This document shows positions 38,471 through 49,404 of a DNA stretch of 64,000 nucleotides, one piece after another. Below the pieces are notes generated by a model. It made no database searches and was not told the origin of the DNA. It was given only the letters and a program-made list of their open reading frames with translations. How positions within the stretch are numbered: the stretch's first letter is position 1; each line of letters starts with the position of its first letter. The DNA lies in NCBI GenBank assembly GCA_013239625.1, contig MU055362.1:2681430-2745429 (forward strand). The letters run 5' to 3'. This DNA is from Lama guanicoe (lineage: Eukaryota). A program made the position numbers and the translations under genes.

Positions 38471-39249
38471 ACATCAGGATTTTTGGTGAGCACCGTCCCT
38501 GCCAAATGCTAGACATTCTTGTAGGTTTCAGGAGGGCTCTAATCCTGGAGAGAGCCGGCTGGCTGCCAGCCCTGGGATTTTGGTTATTAAATGACAGGCT
38601 GATCAAAGGGCTTTGAGTATGGAAGGAAAGACCCTGGGCATTGAGCCTGGCTGAGAGCTGTCATCTGTAAAGCAACTGGTGAGAGATTCCTGTAGGCCCC
38701 TACAGCCCGAATAGGAAGGGTTGGGAAGAGCCATGTCAGGGATCCCACTGCCCCAAGCGGGCTCCCATCTCTCTCTGCTTCCAGGTCCTCCAGGGCCAAA
38801 TGTCATCTTCAGAAGAGCTTCCTGCAATGTCTCCTGAAGTGCTGGGGTACAGGGCTTCCTGGGGCCTGCGGTCAGGGGATGCCTGTTCCTGAAGATGTCA
38901 CCTTTAGTCTTCTTATTTCTCTGCCACCAATCCCCACCAGCTGACTCTGCCCAGTAAACCATGCCCCCTCACCGAGGCTCAGGACCCAGGCTACACTCAT
39001 TAGCCTTAGCGCTGAAGCCTTAGACTCTAAGTCATCCTTTACAATTCCTCTGCTCATATCTCTTGGCAGTTCAGTCACATGACTCTCCTAGCTGCAAGGG
39101 AGCCGGGGAAATGAGCCTTTTGCCTGAGTGTCCTTGTGTCCACCTAAAAATTAAGGCTCTCTTAAATAAAAAGAAGGGGATTCTGGGAGGACACTGGGAG
39201 GTAACTAGCAGTATGCTAGAATATCCTTTACTTAACTTTGGACAAGCCA

Positions 39250-39750
39250 CTCTTTTTGTTTTAATTAATTAATTAAAATTCTATACGTGTTCATTGGTGA
39301 AAAGCTGAAAAATGTGGGCAATTTTCAAAAAGAAAAAAGCTATCGATGACCAATACTCCTGCTATTCCTAGAGATAACTATTATTAGCATTGTATATAGA
39401 TGTCCTCCCCCCCAATTTCAAGGTCATATTTTAAATTCAATTCTATATCTTGCTTTTTCACCATATTTTTGCATGTCATTGAAAACTCTTCACAAATATT
39501 TTTAACAATGACACGAGACTTATATGACTATAATTCTATGTACCATAATTTACTTGGTCATTCCTCTAATGGATATTGAAAATTGTTAGCAATTTTTCAT
39601 TATTAACAGTAAAGAACATTTCCTGGGTTTTGACCTCTTTTTTGGATTATTTCCTCAAGGTTGGTTCCTAGAAGTGAAATTACTGGTTCCCATGGGCAGA
39701 CCTTTGAAAGTTTCTTGCTATACAGTGCCAAATTGCTTTCCTGAAAGCTG
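39250..39750 (-). mobile_element. Old L1ME-like 3' fragment
   Basis: 'atgtaccataatttactt', 'ttcctagaagtgaaattactgg', 'tgccaaattgctttcc'. Confidence 0.7.
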
Positions 39751-39818
39751 ATTCACCTCACTTCTTCAGGATTAAGAAGAAACGAAGGTCTTAAAAAATC
39801 TTGTTGGCCTTTACTTTT

Positions 39819-40570
39819 GTGATGGTGGTGGTCCATTGATTGTTGAAAGATTCTCCTCTGTGCCCTGTTAGCTAAGTGGCATCCTGCTACACAGCTGATG
39901 TCTCTGTGCTGTTGAGAGGATGGGGACCATGGGCACTGTAGCCCATAGACTGGGCAGCCTCCAGGATCTCATTAATGTTCCAGAGAGGTCTTTGGCAATA
40001 GCCTGTGCCTCATGTGTTGGATAATGCTGGCCATCCATCACTCGTGACATTTTCACCCTTCTCAGTGTTGTCCAGGTTCTTTCTGTCCCTTGCGGGTTCT
40101 TTGAGGGCTCTGATGGTCAGAAAAGAGGGTAAAAACTACCACTACAGGGAACTATCTTCTATATCTTGCAGTAACCTGTGATGAAAAAGAATATGAAAAG
40201 GGATATATGAATGTATATGTATGACTGAAACATTATGCTGTACACAAGAAATTGATGCAACATTGTAAACTGAATATACTTCAATTAAACCAAACAAAAA
40301 GCCCCCAAATCTACCATTACAGCCTAGTCTGTCCGTTCTGAAGGGTCAGTTTCATTGATGTCTTTAGCTTCTCCCATCACCAGTTGCCTTGGCAATGTTG
40401 TCACCAGCTCTTAAGGAGATGGACTAGAGGCCAATCTGTGGGGCCATAACAGAGACAGGATCAGTTTCCCAACCAGAGCAGCAGCAGCTGCTGTCAAATA
40501 AACCAGGATATGAGACAACCAAAGAAAGCTGAAGCTTTGACTTCTGCAAGCCTGAAGAGGAGAGCTCTCC
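39819..40570 (-). pseudogene. RPL12: RPL12 (uL11) processed pseudogene
   Basis: Minus-strand translation 'APQIG..GDNIAKATGD', 'KLTLQN', 'IRALKEPARDRK', 'AKDLSGT.INEILEAAQSMG' versus RPL12 'APKIG..GDDIAKATGD, KLTIQN, IKALKEPPRDRK, ARELSGTIKEILGTAQSVG'. No introns; stops and frameshifts; stop at 39868-39870; UTR-like sequence on both sides; TSD gcctttMctttt at 39807-39818 and 40571-40582. Confidence 0.92.
40148..40306 (+). mobile_element. Short L1 3' end inserted in the RPL12 pseudogene
   Basis: 'gtatgactgaaacattatgctgtacac..gaaattga..caacattgtaaactga.tatacttcaat'; 16-bp TSD aaaactaccactacag (40132-40147) / aaatctaccattacag (40307-40322). Confidence 0.85.
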
Positions 40571-40606
40571 GCCTTTCCTTTTCAAAAAAAAAAAAATGAA
40601 AAAGAC

Positions 40607-41337
40607 CTTTTTATTTTAGAAATGTTTAAGATTTATAGCAAAATTGCAAAGATAGTACAGAGTTTCCATATACCAAGACCCAGTTTCCCCTATATTAACC
40701 CCTTACATTAGCATGGTACATTGGTCATGAGGCATGAACAGTTATTGACACATTATTATTAACTGGAGTCCATACTTCATTCAGAGTTCCTTAGTTTTTT
40801 TTTTAAACAAGTGTCCTTTTTCTGATCCAGAATCCCATNNNNNNNNNNNNNNNNNNNNNNNNNNNNNNNNNNNNNNNNNNNNNNNNNNNNNNNNNNNNNN
40901 NNNNNNNNNNNNNNNNNNNNNNNNNNNNNNNNNNNNNNNNNNNNNNNNNNNNNNNNNNNNNNNNNNNNNNNNNNNNNNNNNNNNNNNNNCTCCCTTCGTT
41001 TTGGGAGGAGGCCACGGAGGTAAACTGCCATTCTGATCACATCAAGGGTATGTACTATCCGCATGACAGCACTGTTGGTGTTAACCTTGATCAACTGGCG
41101 TAAGTAGTGTTTCTCAGATTTCTTTTGTGCAAAGTGACTTTTTTCCTCCTCCTTTTCTTACCGTGCTCTTTGGATGAAAGTTGCTATGTGCAGCCCATGC
41201 TTAAGAAATGGGGACTTATGTTCCACCTCCTTGTGGGTAAAGTATTTACATAAACTATTTGGAATCCCTTTGCATGGAAGTTTTGTCTATTCTTCCCCAT
41301 TGATATTTTTATTAGTTCAGGTGGTGGATTCATGGAT
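40607..41337 (-). mobile_element. L1MC/MD-like 3' UTR (host element; resumes at 49408-49495)
   Basis: 'aaaattgcaaagatagtacaga', 'cattattattaact', 'ttacataaactatttggaat'; continuation 'ggactcatggata...taatccaatactacttt' at 49408. Confidence 0.75.
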
Positions 41338-41354
41338 TTTGCACAAATTATACA

Positions 41355-41547
41355 TTTTTTTTAATTGAAGTATAGTCTGTTTACAATGTGTCAATTTCTG
41401 GTGTACAGGATAATAGCTCAGTCATACATATGCAAAAATATATTTGTTTTCATATTCTTTTTCATTATAGGTTACTATGAGATATTGAATATAATTCCCT
41501 GTGCTGAACAGTATAAACTCACTTATCTGTTTTATCTATAGTAGCTA
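41355..41547 (-). mobile_element. Lineage-specific L1 3' end
   Basis: T tail followed by 'aattgaagtatagtc.gtttacaatg...ttttcattataggttact..gagatattgaatata.ttccctgtgct'. Confidence 0.85.
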
Positions 41548-41995
41548 TAGCAGCATTATTGACATACACTACACAATTTACCCACTTAAAGTATACAACT
41601 CAATTTATTACGACTACTACTATTATTATTATTATTATTTAGCATCCAGAGTTGTTGGAGTCAGGACAGACATAGAATCAGCTCCCCATCCAGGGCAGCA
41701 GCAGCTGGTGTCAAAACCTAAGAAAGTCGAGACAACCATAGCCACAATCAATGTTAGAATATTTTTGTCACTGCACAAAGAGACCCCATAACAATTAGCA
41801 GCCACTCACCATTTCCTCCTNNNNNNNNNNNNNNNNNNNNNNNNNNNNNNNNNNNNNNNNNNNNNNNNNNNNNNNNNNNNNNNNNNNNNNNNNNNNNNNN
41901 NNNNNNNNNNNNNNNNNNNNNNNNNNNNNNNNNNNNNNNNNNNNNNNNNNNNNNNNNNNNNNNNNNNNNNNNNNNNNNNNNNNNNNNNNNNNNNN

Positions 41996-42265
41996 TTTAC
42001 AATGCTGTGTCAAATTCCTGTGTAGAGCACAATTTTTCTGTCATCCATGAACATATATATGTTCATTGTTACATTTCTTTTCTCTGTGAGCTACCATAAG
42101 ATCTTGTATATATTTCCCTGTGCTATACAGTATAATCTTATCTATTCTACATTTTGAACTCCCAGTCTGTCCCTTCCCACCCCCCGCCCCCTTGGCAACC
42201 ACAAGTTTGTATTCTATGTCTATGAGTCTGTTTCTGTTTTGTATTTATGTTTTTTTGTTAGATTC
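41996..42265 (-). mobile_element. Young camelid-type L1 3' UTR fragment
   Basis: 'tttacaatgctgtgtcaaattcctgtgtagagcacaattttt...cccttggcaaccacaagtttgtattctatgtc'; similar to 42848-43148; left end hidden in Ns. Confidence 0.85.
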
Positions 42266-42818
42266 ACTTAGCATGTTTTCAAGTCAAGTTTCANNNNNNN
42301 NNNNNNNNNNNNNNNNNNNNNNNNNNNNNNNNNNNNNNNNNNNNNNNNNNNNNNNNNNNNNNNNNNNNNNNNNNNNNNNNNNNNNNNNNNNNNNNNNNNN
42401 NNNNNNNNNNNNNNNNNNNNNNNNNNNNNNNNNNNNNNNNNNNNNNNNNNNNNNNNNNTTTGCGTAGATATATGTNNNNNNNNNNNNNNNNNNNNNNNNN
42501 NNNNNNNNNNNNNNNNNNNNNNNNNNNNNNNNNNNNNNNNNNNNNNNNNNNNNNNNNNNNNNNNNNNNNNNNNNNNNNNNNNNNNNNNNNNNNNNNNNNN
42601 NNNNNNNNNNNNNNNNNNNNNNNNNNNNNNNNNNNNNNNNNNNNNNNNNNNNNNAGGTTATAGTTAGGTCAACTGTCATTTTATTATTGAGTTGTATAAG
42701 CTCTTTATATATTCTAGATATAAGACCCTTAACAGATATATGATTTGCAAATATTTTCTTGCATTCTGTGGATTGTCTTTTCATTTTCTTGATGTTACAT
42801 TTTGAAGCACATATTTTT

Positions 42819-43671
42819 TTAACATTTTTTATTGATTTATAATCATTTTACAATGTTGTGTCAAATTCCAGTGTTCAGCACAATTTTTCAGTCATTCATG
42901 GACATATACACACTCATTGTCACATTTTTTTCTCTGTGATTTATCATAACATTTTGTGTATATTTCCCTGTGCTATACAGTGTAATCTTGTTTATCTATT
43001 CTACAATTTTGAAATCCCAGTCTATCCCTTCCCACCCTCTACCCCCCTGGTAACCACAAGTCTGTATTCTCTGTCCATGAGTCTATTTCTGTCCTGTATT
43101 TATGCTTTGTATTTGTTTGTTTGTTTCTTTTTGTTTTTGCTTTTTAGATTCCACATATGAGCGATCTCATATGGTATTTTTCTTTCTCTTTCTGGCTTAC
43201 TTCACTTAGAATGNNNNNNNNNNNNNNNNNNNNNNNNNNNNNNNNNNNNNNNNNNNNNNNNNNNNNNNNNNNNNNNNNNNNNNNNNNNNNNNNNNNNNNN
43301 NNNNNNNNNNNNNNNNNNNNNNNNNNNNNNNNNNNNNNNNNNNNNNNNNNNNNNNNNNNNNNNNNNNNNNNNNNNNNNNNNNNNNNNNNNNNNNNNNNNN
43401 NNTCCTGAAGTAGATTTCCTTCTGGATACAAGCCCAGGAGTGGGATTCCTGGGTCATATGGTAAGNNNNNNNNNNNNNNNNNNNNNNNNNNNNNNNNNNN
43501 NNNNNNNNNNNNNNNNNNNNNNNNNNNNNNNNNNNNNNNNNNNNNNNNNNNNNNNNNNNNNNNNNNNNNNNNNNNNNNNNNNNNNNNNNNNNNNNNNNNN
43601 ATGACGGCCATTCTGACTGGTGTGAGGTGATACCTCATTGTAGTTTTGATTTGCATTTCTCTGATAATTAG
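42819..43671 (-). mobile_element. Young 5'-truncated L1 with perfect 16-bp TSD
   Basis: ORF2 C-terminus 'MQIKTTMRYHLTPVRMAV..LPYDPGIPLLGLYP..ILSEVSQKEKEKYHMRSLICGI'; TGAAGCACATATTTTT at 42803-42818 and 43672-43687. Confidence 0.95.
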
Positions 43672-44339
43672 TGAAGCACATATTTTTGACTTTGATGTAG
43701 TCTAATTTGTCTTTTTTTCCTTTTGTTGCTTGTGCTTTTGGTGTCTTACTCAAGAAACTATTGCCTGGTCCAAGATGATGAAGACTTATGCCTATAGTTT
43801 CATCTAAGAGTTTTAGTTTTAGCTTTCACATTTAGGTTTGATCCATTTTAAGTTAGTTTTTGGATATGATATGAGGTAGGAGTCCAATTCCATTCTTTTG
43901 TCTGTGGATATGCAGTTGTCCCAGCACCATATTTTTCCCCATTGAATGATCTTGGAACCCTTGTCAAAAATCAACTGACCATAAACAGAAGAATTTATTT
44001 CTCAACTCTCAATTCTGTTCCATTGATCTAAATGTCTATCCTTAGGTCAGTATCACACTGTCTTGATTAGTGTAGATTTGTAGTAAGTTTTTGAAATCAA
44101 GAAGTCTGACTCCTCCAACATTGTTTTTGTTTTTCAAGATTATTTTGGATCTTGAGGGTACCTTAAACTTCTGTATGAATTTTAGGATATGCTTGTCAAT
44201 TTCTGCAAAGAAAGCAGCTGGGATTTTGATACACATTGTGATAAATCTGTAGATAACTTTGAAGAATATTACCATCTTAACAGTAATAAGTCTGGTCCAT
44301 GAACATGGGATGTCTTTCTATACAAATTATATTTTTATT

Positions 44340-45120
44340 AAAATAGTCTCTCATACTGAATAAGTAAAAGGTAGCATGTAGAGCAATGTACATTTGGTAT
44401 TTTATAATTGTCATCATTCATGTTGTAATATCCAAAATAGTTTTCTTTGATATAAATTGAGAATGTGAGGTTTCACTGTGATTATGAATATCTGTATATT
44501 TCTACCTTAATACCAGCCGGGAAATCATACAAAAGAGTGTGTAACAACGTTTATATTCCTTATATTTCACTTGTATCATTCAACATGATGTAGCACAAAA
44601 GTCAGAATGCATCCTGTGGCAAGATTCTTACCTGAAGTATTGAGCCAACAGAGCTGAAGTGGCCCCTTATGTCCTGAAAGTACATTACATGGCCTCTATT
44701 GTCTGAGTAAAAGGCTCAATTGAAAAAAGTTGGAACTTAACCAAAATTGGATTTTCCCTAACACAAGAGAATTGCCTTGAGTCATCCTGCTTGCTGCATT
44801 GTTGGATAGAAAACCTTGGTAAAGCAATATGCCCTGGAAATTGTTAAGCTGCTTTGTGCCTTGGAGGAAAATTTAAAAACTAAAGCAATTCCTCTGTCAA
44901 ATGTTCTCATTCATTCCAGAACTATCAAAATCTATTCCAATATTTTGAAGCATATTGTGCAGAAATTGCATTTATCTTCATCATGCATTGGGATGAGAGT
45001 ATTGATAGCTCTTAATACAGCCAACCTTGATTTTCATCTGTTATCTGCACAAGGACAGCATCAAACAAAGATTTCTATTTTCCAAGCCTGTTTGGAAAGT
45101 TCAAAGACTTCTGTGGTTTT
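44340..45120 (+). mobile_element. hAT (Charlie/Buster, ZBED8-related) transposase 5' fragment, degenerate
   Basis: 'LVKQYALEIVKLL...KAIPLSNVLIHSR...ILKHIVQKL' resembles ZBED8/Buster3 (recalled 'LVKPCALEIAQIV...QQVPLSDDVIHSR...ILQQVLEDI'). Upstream BED-like 'FTCII..D..QKSECIL'; downstream 'DESID' and 'FLFSKP' in shifted frames. Confidence 0.85.
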
Positions 45121-45124
45121 CCTA

Positions 45125-48100
45125 AAATTAAAAATTGAATTTTGAGATGAATGTAGATTCACATGCAGTTTTAAGAATTAATACAGTGATCTCTTATATG
45201 CTTAATATGGTTTTCCCCAATGGTAACATCTTACAAAACTATAGTACAATGTCACCACGAGAATATTAACAGTCATATGAGCAAGATACAAAATATTTCC
45301 ATCACCATAAGGATCCCTCATTGTTGCCCTTTTATAGTTACATTCACTTCCCTCCTACCTCCATCCCCTCCTGGACCCCAAGCAACCACTACTCTGTTCT
45401 ACATTTTTATATTTTTGTCATTTGAAGAATATTATATAAATGGAACTATTATAGTATGTAACCTTTTAGAATTGGCTTTCTCTTTTTTTTCCACTTGGAG
45501 TAATTCTCTGAAGATTCATTCATGTTGTTTATATTAACAGTTTGTTCCATTTTATTATTAAGNNNNNNNNNNNNNNNNNNNNNNNNNNNNNNNNNNNNNN
45601 NNNNNNNNNNNNNNNNNNNNNNNNNNNNNNNNNNNNNNNNNNNNNNNNNNNNNNNNNNNNNNNNNNNNNNNNNNNNNNNNNNNNNNNNNNNNNNNNNNNN
45701 NNNNNNNNNNNNNNNNNNNNNNNNNNNNNNNNNNNNNNNNNNNNNNNNNNNNNNNNNNNNNNNNNNNNNNNNNNNNNNNNNNNNNNNNNNNCGGAGTGAC
45801 TCTACCACTATATTTCCACAAGCAATGTGTAAGTGACCCCGTACCTCCGTATCCTTGTCAGCATTTGATGTTGTTATTATTTTTCATTTTAGTCATTTGA
45901 TGGATTGTAGTCATGTCTCATTGTGGCTTTAATTCCATTTTAACTAATGATGTTGAACATCTTTTCATGTGCTTGTTTGCCATTGAATATTCCCTTTGAT
46001 GAAATGTCTGTTTATGCCTTTTGTCCACCTAAAAATTAGATTGTCTTTTTTACCCTTGGTTCTTTACATATTTTAGATATTAGTCATTTCTTGGGTATGT
46101 ATTCTATAAATATTTTCTCTATATAGCTTGTTCTTTTATCTTCTTACCAGGTCTTTTATGGAACAAAGGTTTTAAATTTTGATGAACTCAAATTTGTCAG
46201 TTTTTTTCTTTTCTGGATCATGTTTTTGGTATCAAATCTAAGAATGGTTTGTCTAGTCTTAGAGACTCAAGTTTTTTCCTATTTTATTCTAAAAGTTTTA
46301 CAGTTTTATGTTTTACACTTAAGTCCATAATCCATTTTGAGTTAATTTTTATATAAGGTATGAGACTTGACTAGAGGTCCCCTCTTTTTCTTTTCTGCCT
46401 ACAGATGTATAATTGCTCTAGTATTGTTTAAAGGCTAACTTCCCTTCACCAAAATCCTTTTGTACCTTTGTCAAAAGTCAGTTGGACATATTTGTGTTGG
46501 TGTATTTCTGAGTTTTCTATTTTGTTTATTAATTTTGTGTCTATCCCTCCACTAATGCCACACAGTCTTGATTGCAGTAGCTTTGTTCTTCTTTTTCCGA
46601 ATTGTTTTTGTTCTTGTAGTTCCTTTGCTCTTCCATATAAACTTTAGAATAACCTTGTCTATATCTACAAAAATTCTTGCCAGAATTTGGAAAGTAATCA
46701 GTTTGGGGAGAATTGACATCTTTATTGCGTTGAGTCTTCCAGCCTATGAACACAGAACATCTCTCTTTATTTATAAATTCTTTAATTTCTTTAATCAACA
46801 CTTTGTAGTTTTCAACATGCAAGTCCTGTCAATATTTTGTTAGATTTATACTTATTTCAACTTGGGGGGGGTAGTTTGAAATGCTACTGTATTTTTTAAT
46901 TCCATTGTCTACATGTTTATTGCTAGTATATAGAAATACAATAAATTTTTGTAAGTTTATCTATATTCTATAACCTTGCAAAAATCACTTACTATATCTA
47001 GGAGTTTCTGTAGATTCCTTTAATTTTTCTATGTAAATAGTCATGTCATTTGCAAGGAAAGACTGTTTTATTTCTTCCTTTTTTATCTGTATGACTTTTG
47101 TTTCTTTTTCTGGCTTTATTGCTCTGGCTAGACCATTTTGCACTATGTTAAATAAGAGTAAATATTCTTGCCTTGTTTCCAGTTTTAGAGAGAAAGCATC
47201 GACTTGCACTGTGAAGTAGAACATTGGCTGTCAGTTTTTGTAGATGCTCTTAATCACATTGAGAAAGTTCTCTCTGTTCCTGTTTGCTGAGAGTTTTTAA
47301 CATAAACGTGTTTTGAATTTTTTTTTTGTGAAGTGATTTTTTTGCATCAGTTGAGATGAACATGTGGTTGTTCTTAATTAGCTTGTTAATATGATGGATT
47401 ATATTGATTGATTTTTCAATATTGAATCAGCCTTGCATCCATTGGAATAAACCTCAGTTAGTCTTGGAGGATAATTCTTGTTAAATATTGCTGAATTTTA
47501 TTTTGTTAAGGATTTTTGTGTCCACATTAAGGAGGGATATTGGTCTGTGGTTTTCTCTTTTTGTATTGGTAGCAGAGTGATAATAGCTTCATAAAATGAA
47601 CTGGGAGTTGTTGCTCCCTCTTCTATGGGATCTTTCACATATTTTTTCTTATAATGTTCTTCCTTCCTTCTTGATGTTATAAGGTTTTTTCTTTTATTGT
47701 TTTCTGTTTAGAGAGCCTCCTTTAGCCATTCGTTTAGAGTAGACCTGCTGGAAACAAATTCTCTTAGTTTTTTTTTAATATGAGAATTTTTCCCCCTCTC
47801 CGTTCTATAGGATATTTTTGCTGGGTGTGGGCTTCTAGGTTAATAGTTCTTTCTTTCACCACCTGGAAAATACTGTGCCACTTCCTGCTGGCCTCTGTGG
47901 TGTCTGGTAAGAAATCCACTATCATTCTAATTATTTTTCNNNNNNNNNNNNNNNNNNNNNNNNNNNNNNNNNNNNNNNNNNNNNNNNNNNNNNNNNNNNN
48001 NNNNNNNNNNNNNNNNNNNNNNNNNNNNNNNNNNNNNNNNNNNNNNNNNNNNNNNNNNNNNNNNNNNCAGATTGGTAGGTTTACACCAATTGCTGAATTT

Positions 48101-49404
48101 GGGAAGTTTTCAGCCATTATTTCTTTGAGTGCCTTTTCAGCCTCACCCAATCTCTCTTCTCCTGTAGGACACTGATGGCATGAATGTTAGATCTTTATTG
48201 TAGTACTATAGGTCCCCGAGGCTCTGTTCCCCTTTTTTCTTAAAAGTGTATTTTCTTCTTTAGTTCAGGTTGGGTAATTTCTATTGCTCTGTCATCCAGT
48301 TCCCTGATTCTTTCTTCTTGTTCCCTCTTGGCTATTGAGCCCAACCAATGAGCTTTTATTTCAGTCATTGTGTTTTCCATTTCCAGACTTTCTGACTCTT
48401 CTTTATATATTCTATTTCTTTGCTGAGGTTTTCTGTCTTTTCATTTGCTTCAGATGCATTTGTAATTGCTTGCTGAAGCATTTTTATCATCACTGCTTTT
48501 AAATCTTTGTCACATAATTCTAATGTTTCTGTCCTCTTTATGTTGCCATCTATTGATTTTTTTTAAATTTAGTTTTAGCTCTTTGTGGGTCTTCATGTGA
48601 TGAGTATTTTTGGCTGAAACCCAGGAATTTTTGTATTATGTTACGAGACTTTGTAGTTTACTTAATCTTCTCGTTTTAGCTGGGATTCTCTGCTACCACT
48701 TCAGGAGGGAAGTTGTAGTGCTGCCTTCTTCCTGCCAGGTGCAGGTAGAAGTCCAGATTTCCTACTTGGCACTTGTTGACATCTGAGGTGTGGGGGGTCG
48801 GGGGGTGTACTCCTTGTTACTGCTGGTTAGGAGTTCTGGCTCCCCATGTGGGTGTCACTGACACTGCAGGGGTGGGCGTGGGGCTCCTTACTGCTGTGCA
48901 TGGATGGGATAAAAGCCCTGGCTCCCTCCTTGATCTTCTCTGATACCATCTGGGTGGAGGTGTTGGGGCATCTTGTTATAGTCTCGAGAAGGTGGAAATC
49001 TAGGCCCCCCACTTGGCCTTTGCTGGCATGGGTAGAGGTGGAGCCACAAGTTTTTACCATGGTATTTGGCTGGAGTAGAGTGGTTATTGGCTAAAAATGT
49101 TTGTTTCTGGCCCTTTGTGTAGAAAGAGCAGGCTTTTGTTGGGGCTTTTTAAACATTTTGTCTGTGTGTCTTGGCGCTTCTGTGTTGTTGGCTTCTTCTA
49201 CTCCATGCAGAGAATATATGAAGCAAAAAGAAAACTTAGGGAACTCACAGTGTCATTTCTTGGACTCCAAGGTCCCTAGCTGGTCTACCTCTTCCCTTCA
49301 GTCTACTGCTGTGTTCTATATATAATGTTTAGGGGTTTTAGTCATACATAGTGGAAAAAATAGGGGAAAGTATGTCTAGTTAATCTTCCTAAAAGTGGAA
49401 GTAT
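45125..49404 (-). mobile_element. L1MC-like element with both 5' and 3' ends, internally deleted
   Basis: 3' UTR 'tgtagattcacatgcagtt'; ORF2 'ENYKVLIKEIKE', 'FLANDMTIYIE'; ORF1 'EIMAENFPN..IRMIVDF'; 5' terminus-like 'acttccacttttaggaagat' at about 49383-49402. Confidence 0.85.

Larger units (their letters stand above)
41548..44320 (-). mobile_element. L1MB-like element (3' UTR and ORF2 3' part), itself interrupted by younger inserts
   Basis: ORF2 peptides 'MKRQSTECKKIFANHISVKGLISRIYKEL', 'KTPKAQATKGKKDKLDYIK', 'KVIYRF...IKIPAAFFAEIDKHILKFI'; flanked by ACAAATTATA at 41343-41352 and 44322-44331. Confidence 0.9.

Noticed and set aside
44816-45145. Domesticated ZBED8/FAM200-like gene
   Set aside because: The homology is spread over shifted frames with stops and is truncated, so this is a transposon fossil.
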